The notes under the pieces were generated by a model. It did no database searches, had not been told where the DNA came from, and worked only from the letters and a program-made list of their open reading frames with translations. Positions 29,401 to 45,409 of a stretch of DNA of 64,000 nt are shown here, piece by piece. This DNA is from the human T2T-CHM13v2.0 reference genome, Homo sapiens. The position numbers were made by a program, and so were the translations under genes. Location: the NCBI RefSeq assembly GCF_009914755.1, contig NC_060944.1; one strand, 5' to 3'. Every line of letters begins with the position of its first letter. Positions within the stretch are counted from its first letter, which is position 1.

Positions 29401-31036
29401 GCAAGTTGAACAAACATGAACATAGATGATACCCATTTTAGAGATAAGAACATTAAATTTAGGATCATTAACGGAGAAGTGTGACCCAATCATCTCTGAA
29501 ACAGGATGATCACAAGCCCTGATAAAACACACTGTCAAGATTAACTCCTTGGAGCTTGCTGGAGGAGCTCGGAGCTTGGCAAGAGTAGTCCTACACTCAA
29601 TCAGTTTGAGAATAGAAACAGCCTTGGCCAGGGGAAGGACCCCAGATGACAGAGGTAGATGGGCTTAACATGTTCCTACCCCTACACAGATTAAGTGTGC
29701 CTTGAGCCCATCACCTGTCTTCACTGAGCCGCACATACTTGAGAGTCATTTTTATTCTGCTTCTTTCTTTCCTGCTTTTTCTTCTCTAACAAGTGGAGGT
29801 TGATATAGGACAAAGAACAGTTAATTTATTCCCCCATTCCCCTAAGCCTTATTTTAAAAGTTAAAAAATAATAAGAGCTAGTGTTTAATGAGCTTACCCT
29901 GTGTCTAGCAGTGTTCTAAAACTTTTTTAAAATTAAGAGATAATTTACATACTGTAAAATTCACCCTTTTAAAAGCATCAAATTCAGTGGTTTGTGCAAC
30001 GATTGCCACTATCTATTTCCAGAATATTTTTATCACCCTAAAAACCTCCCACTGGAGTGAACCCTAATGTAAACTATGGCTTTAGGTGATAATGATGTGT
30101 CAATGTAGATTCACTGATTGTAGCAAATGTACCACTCTGGTGTGGGATTTTGATAGTGGAGGAGGCCATGCATATATGGGGGGAGAGGGTATGTGGGAAA
30201 TCTCAGTACCTTCCACTCAATTTTGCTGTGAATTGAAAACTGCTCTTTAAAAAGTCTATTAAAAAAGAAAAAAGGAAGAAACCTCATACCCATTAGCAGT
30301 CACTTCCAATTCCCCCTCCCACAAGCCCCCAGCAACCATTAATCTACTTTATGTTTCTAAGGATTTGCCTATTCTGGACTCATATGAAGAGTCGTACAAT
30401 ATGTGGACTTTTCAGTCTGGCTTCTTTCACTTAGCATTGTGTTTTCAAGGTTCATCCATGTTGTCACATTGTCACAACAAAGTTAACAAAGTACTGTATC
30501 AGTATTTCATTCTTTTTGATGGCCGAATAATATTCTATTGCATGGCTACATCACATTTTGCTTATCTATTTATCAGTTGATGGAACACTTACGTAGTTTC
30601 CACCTTTTGGTTAATATGAGTAATGCTGCTATGGACATACATGTAATAGTAATGCTGCTATGGACATACATGTACAAGTTTTTGTGTGAATATGTGTTTT
30701 CACTTCTATTGAGTGTATAACTAGGATTGGAATTCATGGGTTATAGTCATGGGACTTCTAGGTTTAACTCTTTGAGGAACCGCCAAATCGTTTTCCAAAA
30801 GGGATGCATCATTTTACATTTCTACCAGCAACATATGAGAGTTCCAATTTCTCCACATTCTCACCAGCATGTTATTGCCCCTCTTTTTTTTTTATTATAC
30901 CATCTTAGTGGATGTGAAGTGGTATCTGATTCTAATTTTGATTTGCAAAAGACTAATAATGTTGATCATCTTTTCATGTGTATATCACCCATTTGTGTAT
31001 CTTCCTTGGAAAAACGTCTACACAAATCCTTTGTCT

Positions 31037-31303
31037 TTTTTTTTTTTTTTTGAGACGGAGTTTTGGTCTTGTAGCCCAGACTGGAGTGCAATGGTGCAAT
31101 CTCAGCTCACTGCAACCTCTGCCTCCCAGGTTGAAGCGATTCTCCTGCCTCAGCCTCCCAAGTAGCTGAGATTACAGGTGCCCGCCACCACACCCAGCTA
31201 ATTTTTCTGTTTGTTTGTTTGTTTAGTAGAGACAGGGTTTCACCATGTTGGCCAGGATGGTCTGGAACTCCTGACCTCAGGTAATCCACCCGCCTCGGCC
31301 TCC
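31037..31303 (-). mobile_element. AluS
   Basis: Antisense Alu, slightly 5'-truncated. Confidence 0.93.
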
Positions 31304-31704
31304 CTTGGTCCATTTTTAAATTGGGTTGTGGTTTTTTAATTCCTGAGCTGTAGGAGTATATATTCTGGATATTTAGACCCTTATCAGATATGTGTTTTGG
31401 AAATATTCTCCAATTCTGTGGGTTGTCTTTTAATTTTCTTGATAGTGTTATTTGAATACAAACATCTTCAATTTTTCTTTTGGTTGCTTGTGCTTTAGAT
31501 GTTATATTGAAAAAAACATTGCCTAATCCAAGGCAATGAAGACTTACTCCTAAATTTTATTCTAAGAGTTTTATAGTGTTAGCTCTTACATTTAAGACTT
31601 TGATCCATTTTTAGTCAATTTACATATATGGATTAAGATAAGAATCCACCTTTAGTCTTTTGTATTCTGTCATTCCAGGACCATCTGTTGAAAAGACTAT
31701 TCTT

Positions 31705-32045
<341 letters not shown>

Positions 32046-33923
32046 TTAGTATCTTTATCAAAAATCAATTGCCCATAAATGTATGAATTTACTTATTTCT
32101 GGACTCTCAATTCTGTTCCAGTGATCTATATGTCTATCCTTATGCCAGTACCACATAGTCTTGATTGCTAGAGCTTTGTAAAAGATTTCAAAATAGGAAG
32201 GTATGAGTCTGCCAATGTTTCCTTCTTAAGATTATTTTGACCTTTCTAGGTCCCTTGCATTTCCACATGAATTTTAGGACCAACTTATCAATATCTGCCA
32301 AATAGTCAGCTGGGATTTTGATAGGAATTACTATGATCTATAAATCAATTTGGAGAATATTGCCAATATTATCTCTTTCAATTATGAACACAGATTTCTT
32401 CCCATTTATTTAAATCTTTAATTTCTTTCAATAATGTCTCATAGTTTTCAGTATACAAGTCTTCTGCTTCTTTTGTTAAATTTATTCCTAAATATCTTAT
32501 CCTTTTTAGTGCTATTATAAATGGAATTGTTTTATCTCATTTTGGATTGTTCATTGCTGATGCACAGAAATATAATTGATTTTTTCATTTTGATCTTATA
32601 TTCTGCAGCCTTGCAGAATCCTTTTATTAGCCTTATTAGCTTTTTTTGGTGAAATCTTTAGGATTTTATAAAGATCATGATGATGTCATCTGCAAATAGA
32701 AATAGTTTTACTTTTCCTTTCCAATATAGATGCCTTTTATTTCTTTTGTATTGTTATTATCATACATAAACTGCATGACCATCAACACAGATTCATAACC
32801 ATTTCTTTACACAGTCATCTTTTAAGTCAGATAAGAGGAAAAAGGTTTATAAAAATATATAAATATTTACATAACATGTATTTCTACTGTATCCTTTTAC
32901 TGGTGTTCTTTATTTCTTCTTGTGAATTCAAGTTGCTGTCTAGAGTGCTTTTATTCAGCCTGAAGAATTCTCTTTAGTATTTCTTAAAGAACAGATTTGC
33001 TAACAATAAAGTCTCTTAGTTTTTGCTTATCTGGGAATGTTTTAATTTCTCTCTTTTTTTTTAAGGAAAGCTTTGCTGGATATAGAATTCTTGATTGACA
33101 ATCTCTTTCAGTGCTTTGAATGTGTCATTTCATCACCTTCTGGTCTCCATGGTTTATAATGAGAAATCAGCTGTTAATCTTATTGGGGATCCCTTGTACC
33201 TGGTGAGCAATTTTTTTTCTTGCTGCCTTCAAGATTCTCTCCATGTGTTTCACTTTCAACAGCTTGATTATGATGTGTCTACATGTAGGTCTCTGAGTTT
33301 ATCCTAGAGTGTGTTATGCTGCTTAGATGTGTAGGTAAATGTTTTTCCATCAAATTATTTCTTCAAATATTCTGAATCTTTCTCTCCTTTGCTTCTGGAA
33401 CTCCTGTTACGCATATGGCATTATGCTTGATAATGTCTCATAGGTCTTTGAGGCTCTGTTTATTTTTCTTTATTCATTTTTCTTTGTGTCCTTCAGACTG
33501 ACTACTCTCAATTGACCCAACTTCAAGTTTGCTGACTTTCTTGTTGCCTGCTCCAGTTTGCTGTTATGCCCCTCTAGTGAATTTTTAATCTTAGTTATTG
33601 TGATTTCCAACTCCAAAATTTCCATTTGGTCCTTTTATAAATCTAATTTTAAATCTCTTTATTGTTATTATCTATTTGGTGAGACATCATTCTACTTTCC
33701 TTTAGTTCTTTATACGTGATTTCCTTTAGCATGTATTTTAAATGGATTATTTAAAGTCTTTGGTAAGTTCAATGTCTGGGCTTCCTCAGGGACAGTTTTT
33801 ATTGATTCCTTTTTCTCCTATATAGGGACCAGTTTCTCCTTCTCCTTCTCTTTCTCCTTCTTCTCTTTTTTCTCCTTTTTCTCCTCCTCTTCCTCCTCCT
33901 TCTCCTCCTGCTTCTCCTTCTTC

Positions 33924-34231
<308 letters not shown>

Positions 34232-37200
34232 ATAGTTTCTTATTTATTTTCATGTCTCTTTTTTGTTTGTTTGTTTAAACCTGAATATTTTACATAATAT
34301 ATTATGGATGCTTTGGAAATTATATTCTAGCCCCTCCCCACATGTTGATGTTGTGGCATTTGGTTTTTTTAAGTGACTTTTCTGAACTGCTTCTATAAAG
34401 GCTGGATCCTTTTGTCTGTATGATATTGAAATATTGGGCAGAAATTTCCTTAAATGCCTGCAACTAATATGTCTCTCAGTTTTTGTTGAGGGTCTGTCTG
34501 TATGTTGAAGCATATTCAAAACTCAGGTAGGCAATTGATAACTCTGCCTTAGCCTTCACGTTCGGCTTGTGCAGAGCCTCAAGGTCATCCAGAGGTGATA
34601 GTTTAGGGCCCTCTCAAGTCTTTCCTGTGCGCATGGACAGCCCTGGGCACCTGTACCACCCCACACATGCTCATGGCCTTCTAGATTCCCAGGAAATGTC
34701 AGAGCTTTTCAAAGCCCCTATAGGACATCTTACTCTCCAGCTTTTCCTTTAAAGCTTTTTGGTTAGCTTATTGTTTGCCCCAAATGTTATTTACAACCAA
34801 TGCAATCACAAAGTTAAATAATTGCCTCTAAACGTTTTTGACAAATACCACCAGTGAAAAGCAAGAGAAACTTTTTGCACTGGGTAAGCTCTGAGTCAGC
34901 TAAAATAAAGACAACCTTGCAAGTGGGGTCTTGCAGGGAATCACCAGACGGGCCGACAAGGACAATTCCAGGGAATGTAGCTTTGAAGGAGCTTCAACTC
35001 TATTTTGTCCCCTCTGGTGGCTAGCAGTTTGATAGTTTTCACCATAAATGTGGGCTACTGGTTTCCAAGGCTACCACAGAGCTGAAAAGAGGGGGATGGG
35101 AATAGGGCGAGTAAGAACATCACAGAGGTCACTGTTCTTATCAAGATTTAGCCTTTTTTCTTGAATAAATGTTCCCTCAATTGCTGCACGCCTTTGATTA
35201 ATTTCAAGATTCTGAAAAAGTTGATTCTGATCATTTTATTTCCACTTTTCTTATCGGAGGAAAGAATTTTTCAGCCTTCCTCCACCATTTTTACTGATGT
35301 TACCTCTGTTCTACGCCAGATATTGCCTTATGTAATTTTCACCACAACTCTATGTGGTAGGTATTGATTTTTTTATTATTATTTTCTCCATTTTACAGAC
35401 GAGGAATCTGAGGCACAGAGAGGTGAAGTGACTTGCCCCAGGTCACACAGCCAACAAGTGGTAGAGCAAGGATTCAAATGCAGAGTTTAACTCTAGGCCT
35501 GGAATTCTCACTGGGATCTTTTGTCTCCCTAGAAGTGGGAAAGGAACACTGGCTTTGGGAGTCAGGAAGTCTGAATTCAAGTCCCAGCTTTGCTGTTGTC
35601 CAATTATGTGAGCCTCAGTGCACTGCTCTCTCTCTGCCTCAATTTCCCCATGTGTAAAATGAAGTCGTTGACTGATATCTCCTATTCTCTCCAAGAGTTT
35701 GGGTTTCCCCAGAGTGAGAACTGCCCACCAGACATAAAACTATGACCTCTGCATGGGGCCCAGGCCTTGGCACTGCTGCTACAAAGGGTAACCTGTCCTC
35801 CCAGAGCCCTTCCTTAGTGGGCAAGAGCAGCCATCACAAAGTGCTCTAGCCCAGCCCAGTCACTTGGGTGCTTTAGGTGACTCCAGAGGAGGCTTTTGCC
35901 TGCCAGAGCTGCCACTGGCCACAGGCTCCTTTCACTTGTGTTGTAGATCCCAGAGCACTAATTCCCCCACTGGCTCCTAGGCGGTGCTGCCCAACACCAA
36001 GGAAGGCCAGGCTGAGAAGGGGAAGTCTTTGCTCCATCCTCTGCTCCTCTCACTTCTACTCCCCATCTTAATTCCCCTCCCATCAAAGCCTGCAGGAACC
36101 TGACTCTGCTTTCAGTCCATGGAATAAAGGGCATTCTTTAAAAATATATACACTTTCCCAGTCTTTTCTTTGACCTACAAGGTCCTACTAATATCAGGCT
36201 TCCAAGTTACCCCTATGACCTCATCTCCTATCACTCACCTCCCTCCCTGGGCTCCTGACACACATGCCAGGCACACTCCCACCTCAGGGCTTTTGTACTT
36301 GCTGTTCCATCTGCCTGGGTCGTCAGAGGGCTCACTCTGTCACCTCCTCAAGTCTTTGCTCAAACATCCCTTTTCAGTGAGGACTTCCCTGGACTCCCTA
36401 GTTAAAATGCCTCACTCCTAACTTCCCTTTCTTCTCCCGACTTTGTTTTCCCCCTTAGGACAATAAATTGCTTTTTTGCCCAAACCAGTTTGTTTTCCTT
36501 CCTTTGCAAACTAAGCATTCCTATGAATTATAGCCCTCAATGAAGACCCAATAGCTGAACCTCCAAAGGCAAGGGCTCCTCCTCTGACCCCATCAAAGGT
36601 TTTGGCATGGAGCTGGGTGCATCGGAGGCCCGGACCCAAAGCAGGACAACTTGTCTTGCTTCGGCAATTGGCACAGGGATGCTCTAAGATGACAGCTCTG
36701 TGCAGGAGGACAGCTGGGCCACAGACAAGGCGGGGAGAAGACACAGATTCAGATGAAGCTGGACTCTGCCCTGTCCTTCTCATCCTGGCCAACTTAAGAC
36801 CTGACCCAGCAGTTGGGAAACATCTTTTCCTTTTCTCTTGCTAAAGTCCAGCTGGGGCCAGCCTTTTTCCACCAGGCCATGTGAGCAAGATGGAAACTAT
36901 GACAGTTCTGGATGGGCTGGAGGCTGGACTTTATCCCTGCCACATCCCTGCCAGCCAGTCACCCTGACCTACCACATCCATGCCACCTGCCTGCCAGGCC
37001 ATTCCCAGAGTTGCTCTGTCCTGGACAGCTTGGCAGCTGTGAAGTGCCTCACACAGTGGAGGGAATAGGAGATGATGTCACTCAGGAGTTCGGCTGACCG
37101 AGCACTCCTGGAAAGATGGGCAGACTGAGGCCCCACCAGGAGAGGAGGTGCTCAACAAAATCTCGTGTTCAACAAAATCATATGGCTTGCGACACCAGAG

Positions 37201-40200
37201 AGGCCTGGGTTTTAACCCAGTTTGTGCTGATTTTCGAAGTGGTCAGAACTATTCTTACAAGGTGTCAACGCACACTGAGTGAGGGCATGGGTCAGGGTTG
37301 TTTGTGTGTGTTGCCCATTTCATCCTCCTCACAATACAGTGTAAGAGACATTGTTATAACCTTTGATTAGGGAACCAAGACTTCACTGTCTGTGAAGTAT
37401 TCTACTCTACCAGCTCATTGCATCTTCACGCAACCAGGGAGTATTACAATTAGTCACTCCATTTTACAGATGAGATGAGAAGATGCTGGATGAGAAGCCT
37501 TGAATCTCCAGGCCAAAAAGGGCTATAGAGAAAACTACAGCACACCCTTCTGGGGAATGTATGATTCTAGCTCTGTTCGTTGTCTCTGAGCTTAATATTT
37601 TGCACTTTATAAATTGCAGATAACTGATAGACATACAAACTTTGTCTTGTCTGATGGAACTGACTTCCATCCCCTTTGTGGAAAAATTAACTCTGCCTCC
37701 AATTATAATTCAATTCCTTTATTCCATATAAATTTGTGCTTTTTTGACTTGTCCTTTGACCCAGTTGTAACATCTGTCTATTTATTTTACTCTATATACA
37801 TTTGTACTTTTCTTTTGAATGAGTTATAACATCTGTCTTGCCCCCTCATTGTTTAACAAGTAAACTAAAATCTTTAGTATGGGTTCATTTTTATAGCTGT
37901 AAGAAGTCACGGTTTTAACCTTTTTCTGAAAATTATCTTTTAACAGAGCCTAGAAATCAACGCCTGATTCTTACTGAAGTAGTCCTGGAAACAAACCCTC
38001 CCATTCCTCCTTGCTCACCTCCAGCACTCAGGGCGCCCTTCCATTTTGTAGGTAATCCTCATTCAGGGTGCTACCTATCACCCCTTAGCTTACAAATGTG
38101 CAAATTAAGGCTCAAAGAGGCAAAGCAACTTGCCCAAGTCTACACGGGAAAGCCAAGCTGTGTGTGTGTGTGTATGTGTGTGTGTCCTGACTGCTTGACC
38201 AGATTGTGAATTCAGCTCCAGGTAGAGTACAAAGAATACATTTGGAAACAGTCTGGTGCTTGATGGGGGCCAGGTAATGCTGTGATTAAACAGCAGGTTC
38301 CAGGGGCCTTGGCAGGTTGCACAATCTCCAGGGAGTGAGACTGCAGCAGTACTGTTAGTACCGTTGGTGGTGTCTTTGACTCCTGCAAATCCTAAAGAAC
38401 AGTTCAGGCCTAGGTGGTGGTCTCTTTCTGTCCCTTCCTAGCTCTCCACCTAAGAAAATTGCCCAGGGTCATACTGCTTGTAAGTGAAAAAGCCGGGATT
38501 TGAGCCCAGGAAGTCTGACTTGCAAACTTGCATGCTGCAGGGTTCAAGACTTGGACTTAAACCCAAGTTTGTTCTTCTCAGCTGTGTGACCCTGGAAAAG
38601 TTGCTTAAGTTCTCTGAGCTACTTAACTTCTCATTTAAAAGTTGTTATGAAAATTGAATTAGATAACATGAGCCAAGTGCCAGACACATAGTAAATCCTC
38701 AATAAATAGGTGCTGTTTTCCAAGGCCTCATTATCTCAAATAATGAGCCACCTCTTAGGGGCCCTTATCATGAGCCAGGTACTGTGGGAGGCATTTTATT
38801 GACATCATGTTCAGAAATTCTCCCAACAGCCCTTGGGGAGACACCACTATAACCCCTATTTGACAATTTGATAAGCCATTTCCCCAAAGTTGCACAGTGA
38901 GTAAGCAAAGAGGCCGAGATGTAAACCCAGGTTCCCTGACTCCAAGGCCTAGACACTTTTCTACACTATGCACCTGCTAATGTATTTATTCACTCATCAC
39001 ATATTTATTGGGCACCTACTATGTATGCCAGGCTCTGTTCTAGGTGCCAGGACTATAGCAGTGAACCAAACAGACACAAATCCCTGTGCTCATGAAGCTG
39101 ATGTTCTGGTTTGGGGAGCATCAGGCAGAGCTTCTAGCCTTTCAAGGTAATACTGGTCACCCCTCCCACCTGCCTGACCAAGGTGGGCAAGTGCCTGATG
39201 GAACTTTGGAGTTGGAGCTGGACATGGGTGGCATGGGGGCAAGGCAAGGATCAGGCCCAAGTCTGTGAAAGGATGGAGACAAAGAGAAGTAGGGGGTACA
39301 GGAAAGAGAGTGGCCTCAGAAACCGACCCTCTGTGCCTCCAAGGACTTGGGTTCTCTGGGGACCGTCTCTCCCTGAAGGCAACGATCCCCAGAGCTAAAA
39401 TCAGGTATTTCCAGGTGTGAAGGCTGATTGCAGTGTGGACAGAGCCTGCTGGGGGGGCTCTGGTCTAGGGCTCCCCTGAACCTCCTGGTGGAATGAAGTC
39501 AGGATGGAGGAGAGTGTGCCTCTCCCTGCGTGGCTGCCATCTGTGGACATTTGGGTGGGCCAGGGTGCCCTCTTGTGGCCTCCCTTGTCTCTGCAGAGAC
39601 TCTTCATGTGTCCCTGTGGTTGGAGGAGCTTCCCATGCCTAGATGGTTTCTCTGTTCCCAGCCTGGACCCTTGACCCTTTTTTCTATTCCCAGCCTTTTC
39701 TGCCCCTGAGGTCTGAAAAATGGTCCTCGTCATGACTCTTGGCTTTTCCTGTGTAGATCTTGAAACTCAGAGCTCAGAATCCCGCAAGCCCTTAGTGATG
39801 CTGTTGGAGGCATGGCACTGTGATGAGGAGGCAAGCAGGCTGACCGCCTGGCTCAAATCCTGACCCTGCTGCTTAGGACAATGGCACAACTTCTCCCTTA
39901 TTTTTCTCATTTTTAAAGCGAAGATAATAATAGTTTCTACCTTAAAGTGTTGTTCTGGGAATTAAATGAGACAATATACATTGAGCAATTTGTCAAAGCC
40001 CCAGTACTACCCCCCGACCCCCACCACACACACACACTCACACTCACACCTTTTATGCCTTCCCTTAGTATTTCAGAGGCCTGAAACCTAACAAGTGCAT
40101 TTTTCAGAATGACTTGCCAGCTGGGTTCCAAGTTAGATCCAGCCACTGGGAGGCAGAGGCAGGGGCACATTATTGCTTCTCCAACAGCAGTGGCAGAATC

Positions 40201-41313
40201 TTGAGTTTTAGGTTTCAGTTTGGCAGCAGCCTCTGCAGGTCCCCCCACCACCCTACATACACACAGACTGCCCCAGGATGGGAGGCAGCTGTGATCACTG
40301 CTGGTGGTTTTCTGAAGCTCCTGCAATGTCCAGACTTTCTGAAAGCTGGTGGCAGCTTTCCCCAATCTTTACATTCCAATCCATCCACTGGTTCAGTAAG
40401 CATCATATTTTTCCCATTAAATCCCCTTCTGCTGGATGTCAAGCAACCAGGGCTCTCATTCATTGTTGGCAGGTGTGGAAAATGGTATGACCATTTTGGG
40501 AACACATTTGGCAGTTTCCTATAAACATATACTCTACCATAAGATCCAGCAATTCTACACCTAGGAATTTATCCAAGACCAGTGAAATCATAAGGCCATA
40601 CCAAGACCTGTCCATGTATGTCTACAGCAGCATTACTCATCACCATCCCAAGCTGGAAACAACCCAAATGCCCATCAATAAGGGACTGGACAAACTGGCA
40701 CATCCATACAACACAATATTACTCAATAAAAAGGAAGGTACTGATACACACAACATGGATGAAGTTTGGACATGATGATGAGTGAAAAAAGGCATGAAGG
40801 GGTATTATTTTATGTGTCAACTATGGAGGGGTGCCAAACCTTCAAGAAAATAATTGCCACACAGCTGTGAGGAGTGCAGTTTGCTAACGTCCTCCGGCCA
40901 TAGGACCACTGGGATCATGCTGAAGCCATGCTCTTTACGGGCAGCCCACCGAGCAGAGACAGCACTAAGGCCTGGCCATTTCAGTCCAACAGGGAACTCT
41001 CTATGATATTTCTTGGTGCTGGAGTTCTCCGTTGGGCTGGCTGAGACTTTCTCACTAATCCTTATTCCTTCCTTCTCTTCTTTCGTAGGTGCCAGATCAG
41101 CAGAAAGGCCTGAAGGTTCTCCCCACATACTCCTGTTCCCACTCCCCTTTTCCTTTTGTGACTTATCCCCAATAAACCTCTAACACTGCTAACTCCATCT
41201 TGACATCTGCTTCCTGGGGCATTGTATACATTTCATTTATATGAACTTTTAAGAGAGGCAAAATTAGATACCAAAAATATAGATGCAAAAAACACAGATC
41301 AGTGGTTGCCTGG

Positions 41314-41712
41314 TGATATGATTTGGATGTTTTGTCCCCTCCAAATCTCCTGCTGAAATGTGACCTCCAATGCTAGAAGCGGGCATAGGGGGAGGTGTTT
41401 GGGTCATGGGGGTAGATTCCTCATGAATGGCTTGGTGTCCTCCCCATGGTAATGAGTGAGTTCTCACTCTATTAGTTCATGTGAGAGCTGGTTATTTAAA
41501 GGATCCTGGCACCTCTTCCTTGCTCCCTCCCCTTCTCTTTCTCCATATGACATGCATGCTTCCCCTTTGCCTTCCACCATGATTGAAAGCTTCCTAGGCC
41601 TCACCAGAAGCCAAGCAGATACTGGTGTCATGCTAGACAGCCTGCAGTGCCTTTCTTTAGAAATTACCCAGTCCCAGGTATTCCTTTATAGCAATGCAAA
41701 ATGGACTAACAC
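41314..41712 (+). mobile_element. MaLR LTR (MSTB-like) inside an old L1 3' end
   Basis: tgatatgatttggatgttttgtcccctccaaatctc ... gcaatgcaaaatggactaaca. Confidence 0.8.
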
Positions 41713-42021
41713 ACCTCAGCTAGAGGCTGGAGAGATTAACTGCCAAGGCACATGAGGAAATTTTTTGGAGTCATGTAAACATGCTATATCTTGGTCATGG
41801 TGGTTACGCTGGTCTATACATTAGGCAAAACTCATGAAGTATACAACTAAAACGGGTGATTTTATTGTATGTAAATTATCTCAATAGAGATGAATTTTTA
41901 AAAATCCTTTCTTTCTGGAAATACCTAGAGAATACGGTGGTTATAAGACTGTGTGCATTTGTCAAAACTCAGAGTTATACACTAAAAAGGGGGAGTTGTA
42001 CAATCTATAAATTATGTTTTT

Positions 42022-42312
<291 letters not shown>

Positions 42313-42449
42313 TCGTATATATTTTTTCATTGAAGAATGAATCAGGGAAATAATAATTTTTACTGATTATCATGTGGTTATTGCTGAAAATAATTTCATA
42401 GATGAGGAGGGAGGTGTTAAAAAGTGATCTGCTTCATTGACATCCTCAT

Positions 42450-43870
<1,421 letters not shown>

Positions 43871-44269
43871 TAAAAATTATCATTTTTTAAAAAAAAAGAG
43901 ATATCTGCTATGGGTGTCAAATATGCTAGGTACCCCACGGACAAGGGGAATGGGAAGTTGGGAAGTCTTGGATATCAGCTACTTGGTAGAAACAAAGAAC
44001 AATATTAATCATAGAGGGCTTCCTGGAGGAGGTGATACGGTTGGGCTGATGCTAGGCCAAAGAAGAATTACAGTAGTGAACGATTTCGCCTCAGTGCCCA
44101 TCTAGGCGCTGCCCCTTGGTTCAGTTCTTCATGGTTTCCAGGGAGGCAGGGAGCTTGGAATACCCACATTGCTGTCACTTGGCAACCAGGAACTGGTGGC
44201 TGCAGCCACCAGCCAAGTTCTTTCCATCATCCTGGGCCCTCACCTCTGGCATAGGCTCTTGGTAGTGGG

Positions 44270-44357
44270 GGCCCAGACAGGGAGGCACCTGCCACCTGCT
44301 TCCCTTCTCAGCCACCCACAGCCCTCATAGGGCAGAATGGGACTCTTGCTGATGTAG
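44270..44357 (+). other. PSMF1: Candidate upstream non-coding first exon of PSMF1 (start approximate)
   Basis: Consensus donor TAG|gtaagt at 44357/44358 in unique sequence. Candidate acceptors upstream of the ATG at 49787 (cccccttctttcctccag|, CTCAC branch-like at 49751-49755) and 49684 (ttttggtctcag|). I recall a PSMF1 isoform starting ~5.5 kb upstream of the ATG. Confidence 0.6.
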
Positions 44358-44392
44358 GTAAGTCCACAGAAAGTGCTGGATGGATCAGGGGC

Positions 44393-44393
<1 letters not shown>

Positions 44394-44445
<52 letters not shown>
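44394..44445 (+). repeat. (AC)26 microsatellite
   Basis: Uninterrupted AC run, read directly. Confidence 0.97.
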
Positions 44446-44446
<1 letters not shown>

Positions 44447-44624
44447 AGCCCCAGGAGTTCCTCCCATTTGTTCCCATCCCTGGAGGACCCTGGGGTTCAG
44501 GACAGGTGGAACATAGTCCTGGCCTTCAGGGTATTCACAGCCTAGTGCAAGAGATAGAGCTCACCTCATTCTTTCAATACACTGATGCCAGTGCCTATTC
44601 CATGCTGGCTGCTGGGTTACATAC

Positions 44625-44939
<315 letters not shown>

Positions 44940-44959
44940 TGGGTTACGGACTTTCTAAG

Positions 44960-45376
44960 GCATGGCTTACCCCCGGTCAGGGGTGTGGGAGGACAGAGCA
45001 GATCGCACTACAACACCCTCATCACCCTTCAGCAGTCACCTCTAGACGCAAAGACTGCTTTCTCTAAATTATGCAACTCTGTGCCTGAGGGCCTTCCAGG
45101 ACCCCAGAAGCAGCTCTCAGCCTGTGGCAGATGCCCTCAAATGCAATAGCTCTGAGACATGCCCCACACTGCCTCCCAGAGTTCCCGGGTAGGAGTGTGG
45201 TCCAGTTGCCCGTAGAGGTAACTGGCTTCATCACACTCCCTCTGCTGGCTCCCTTTCCTTCCTGTCTCACTTCCCTACTCCACTGCCCCCACCGCTATTT
45301 CCTGGAATCAGCTCCCAAATAAACCACTCAAATCCCTGTCTCACCACGGGCTTCTGAGAGAATACATGTTAAGACA
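44960..45376 (+). mobile_element. ERVL-class LTR (LTR16-like) immediately 5' of the VNTR
   Basis: 3' signature ctcccaaataaaccactcaaatccctgtctc...gcttctg...taagaca. Confidence 0.6.
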
Positions 45377-45409
45377 GGGATGATGGTGTAGAAGAGGGAA
45401 CCAGTGTTC

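Noticed and set aside
29400-29870. Unique-looking segment between L1 blocks, considered as a possible second pseudogene
   Set aside because: The frame I translated gave no recognisable protein and I saw no poly-A or TSD; cannot be called without a search.
30619-30674. 29-bp-period tandem duplication
   Set aside because: Local slippage inside an old L1; nothing suggests function.
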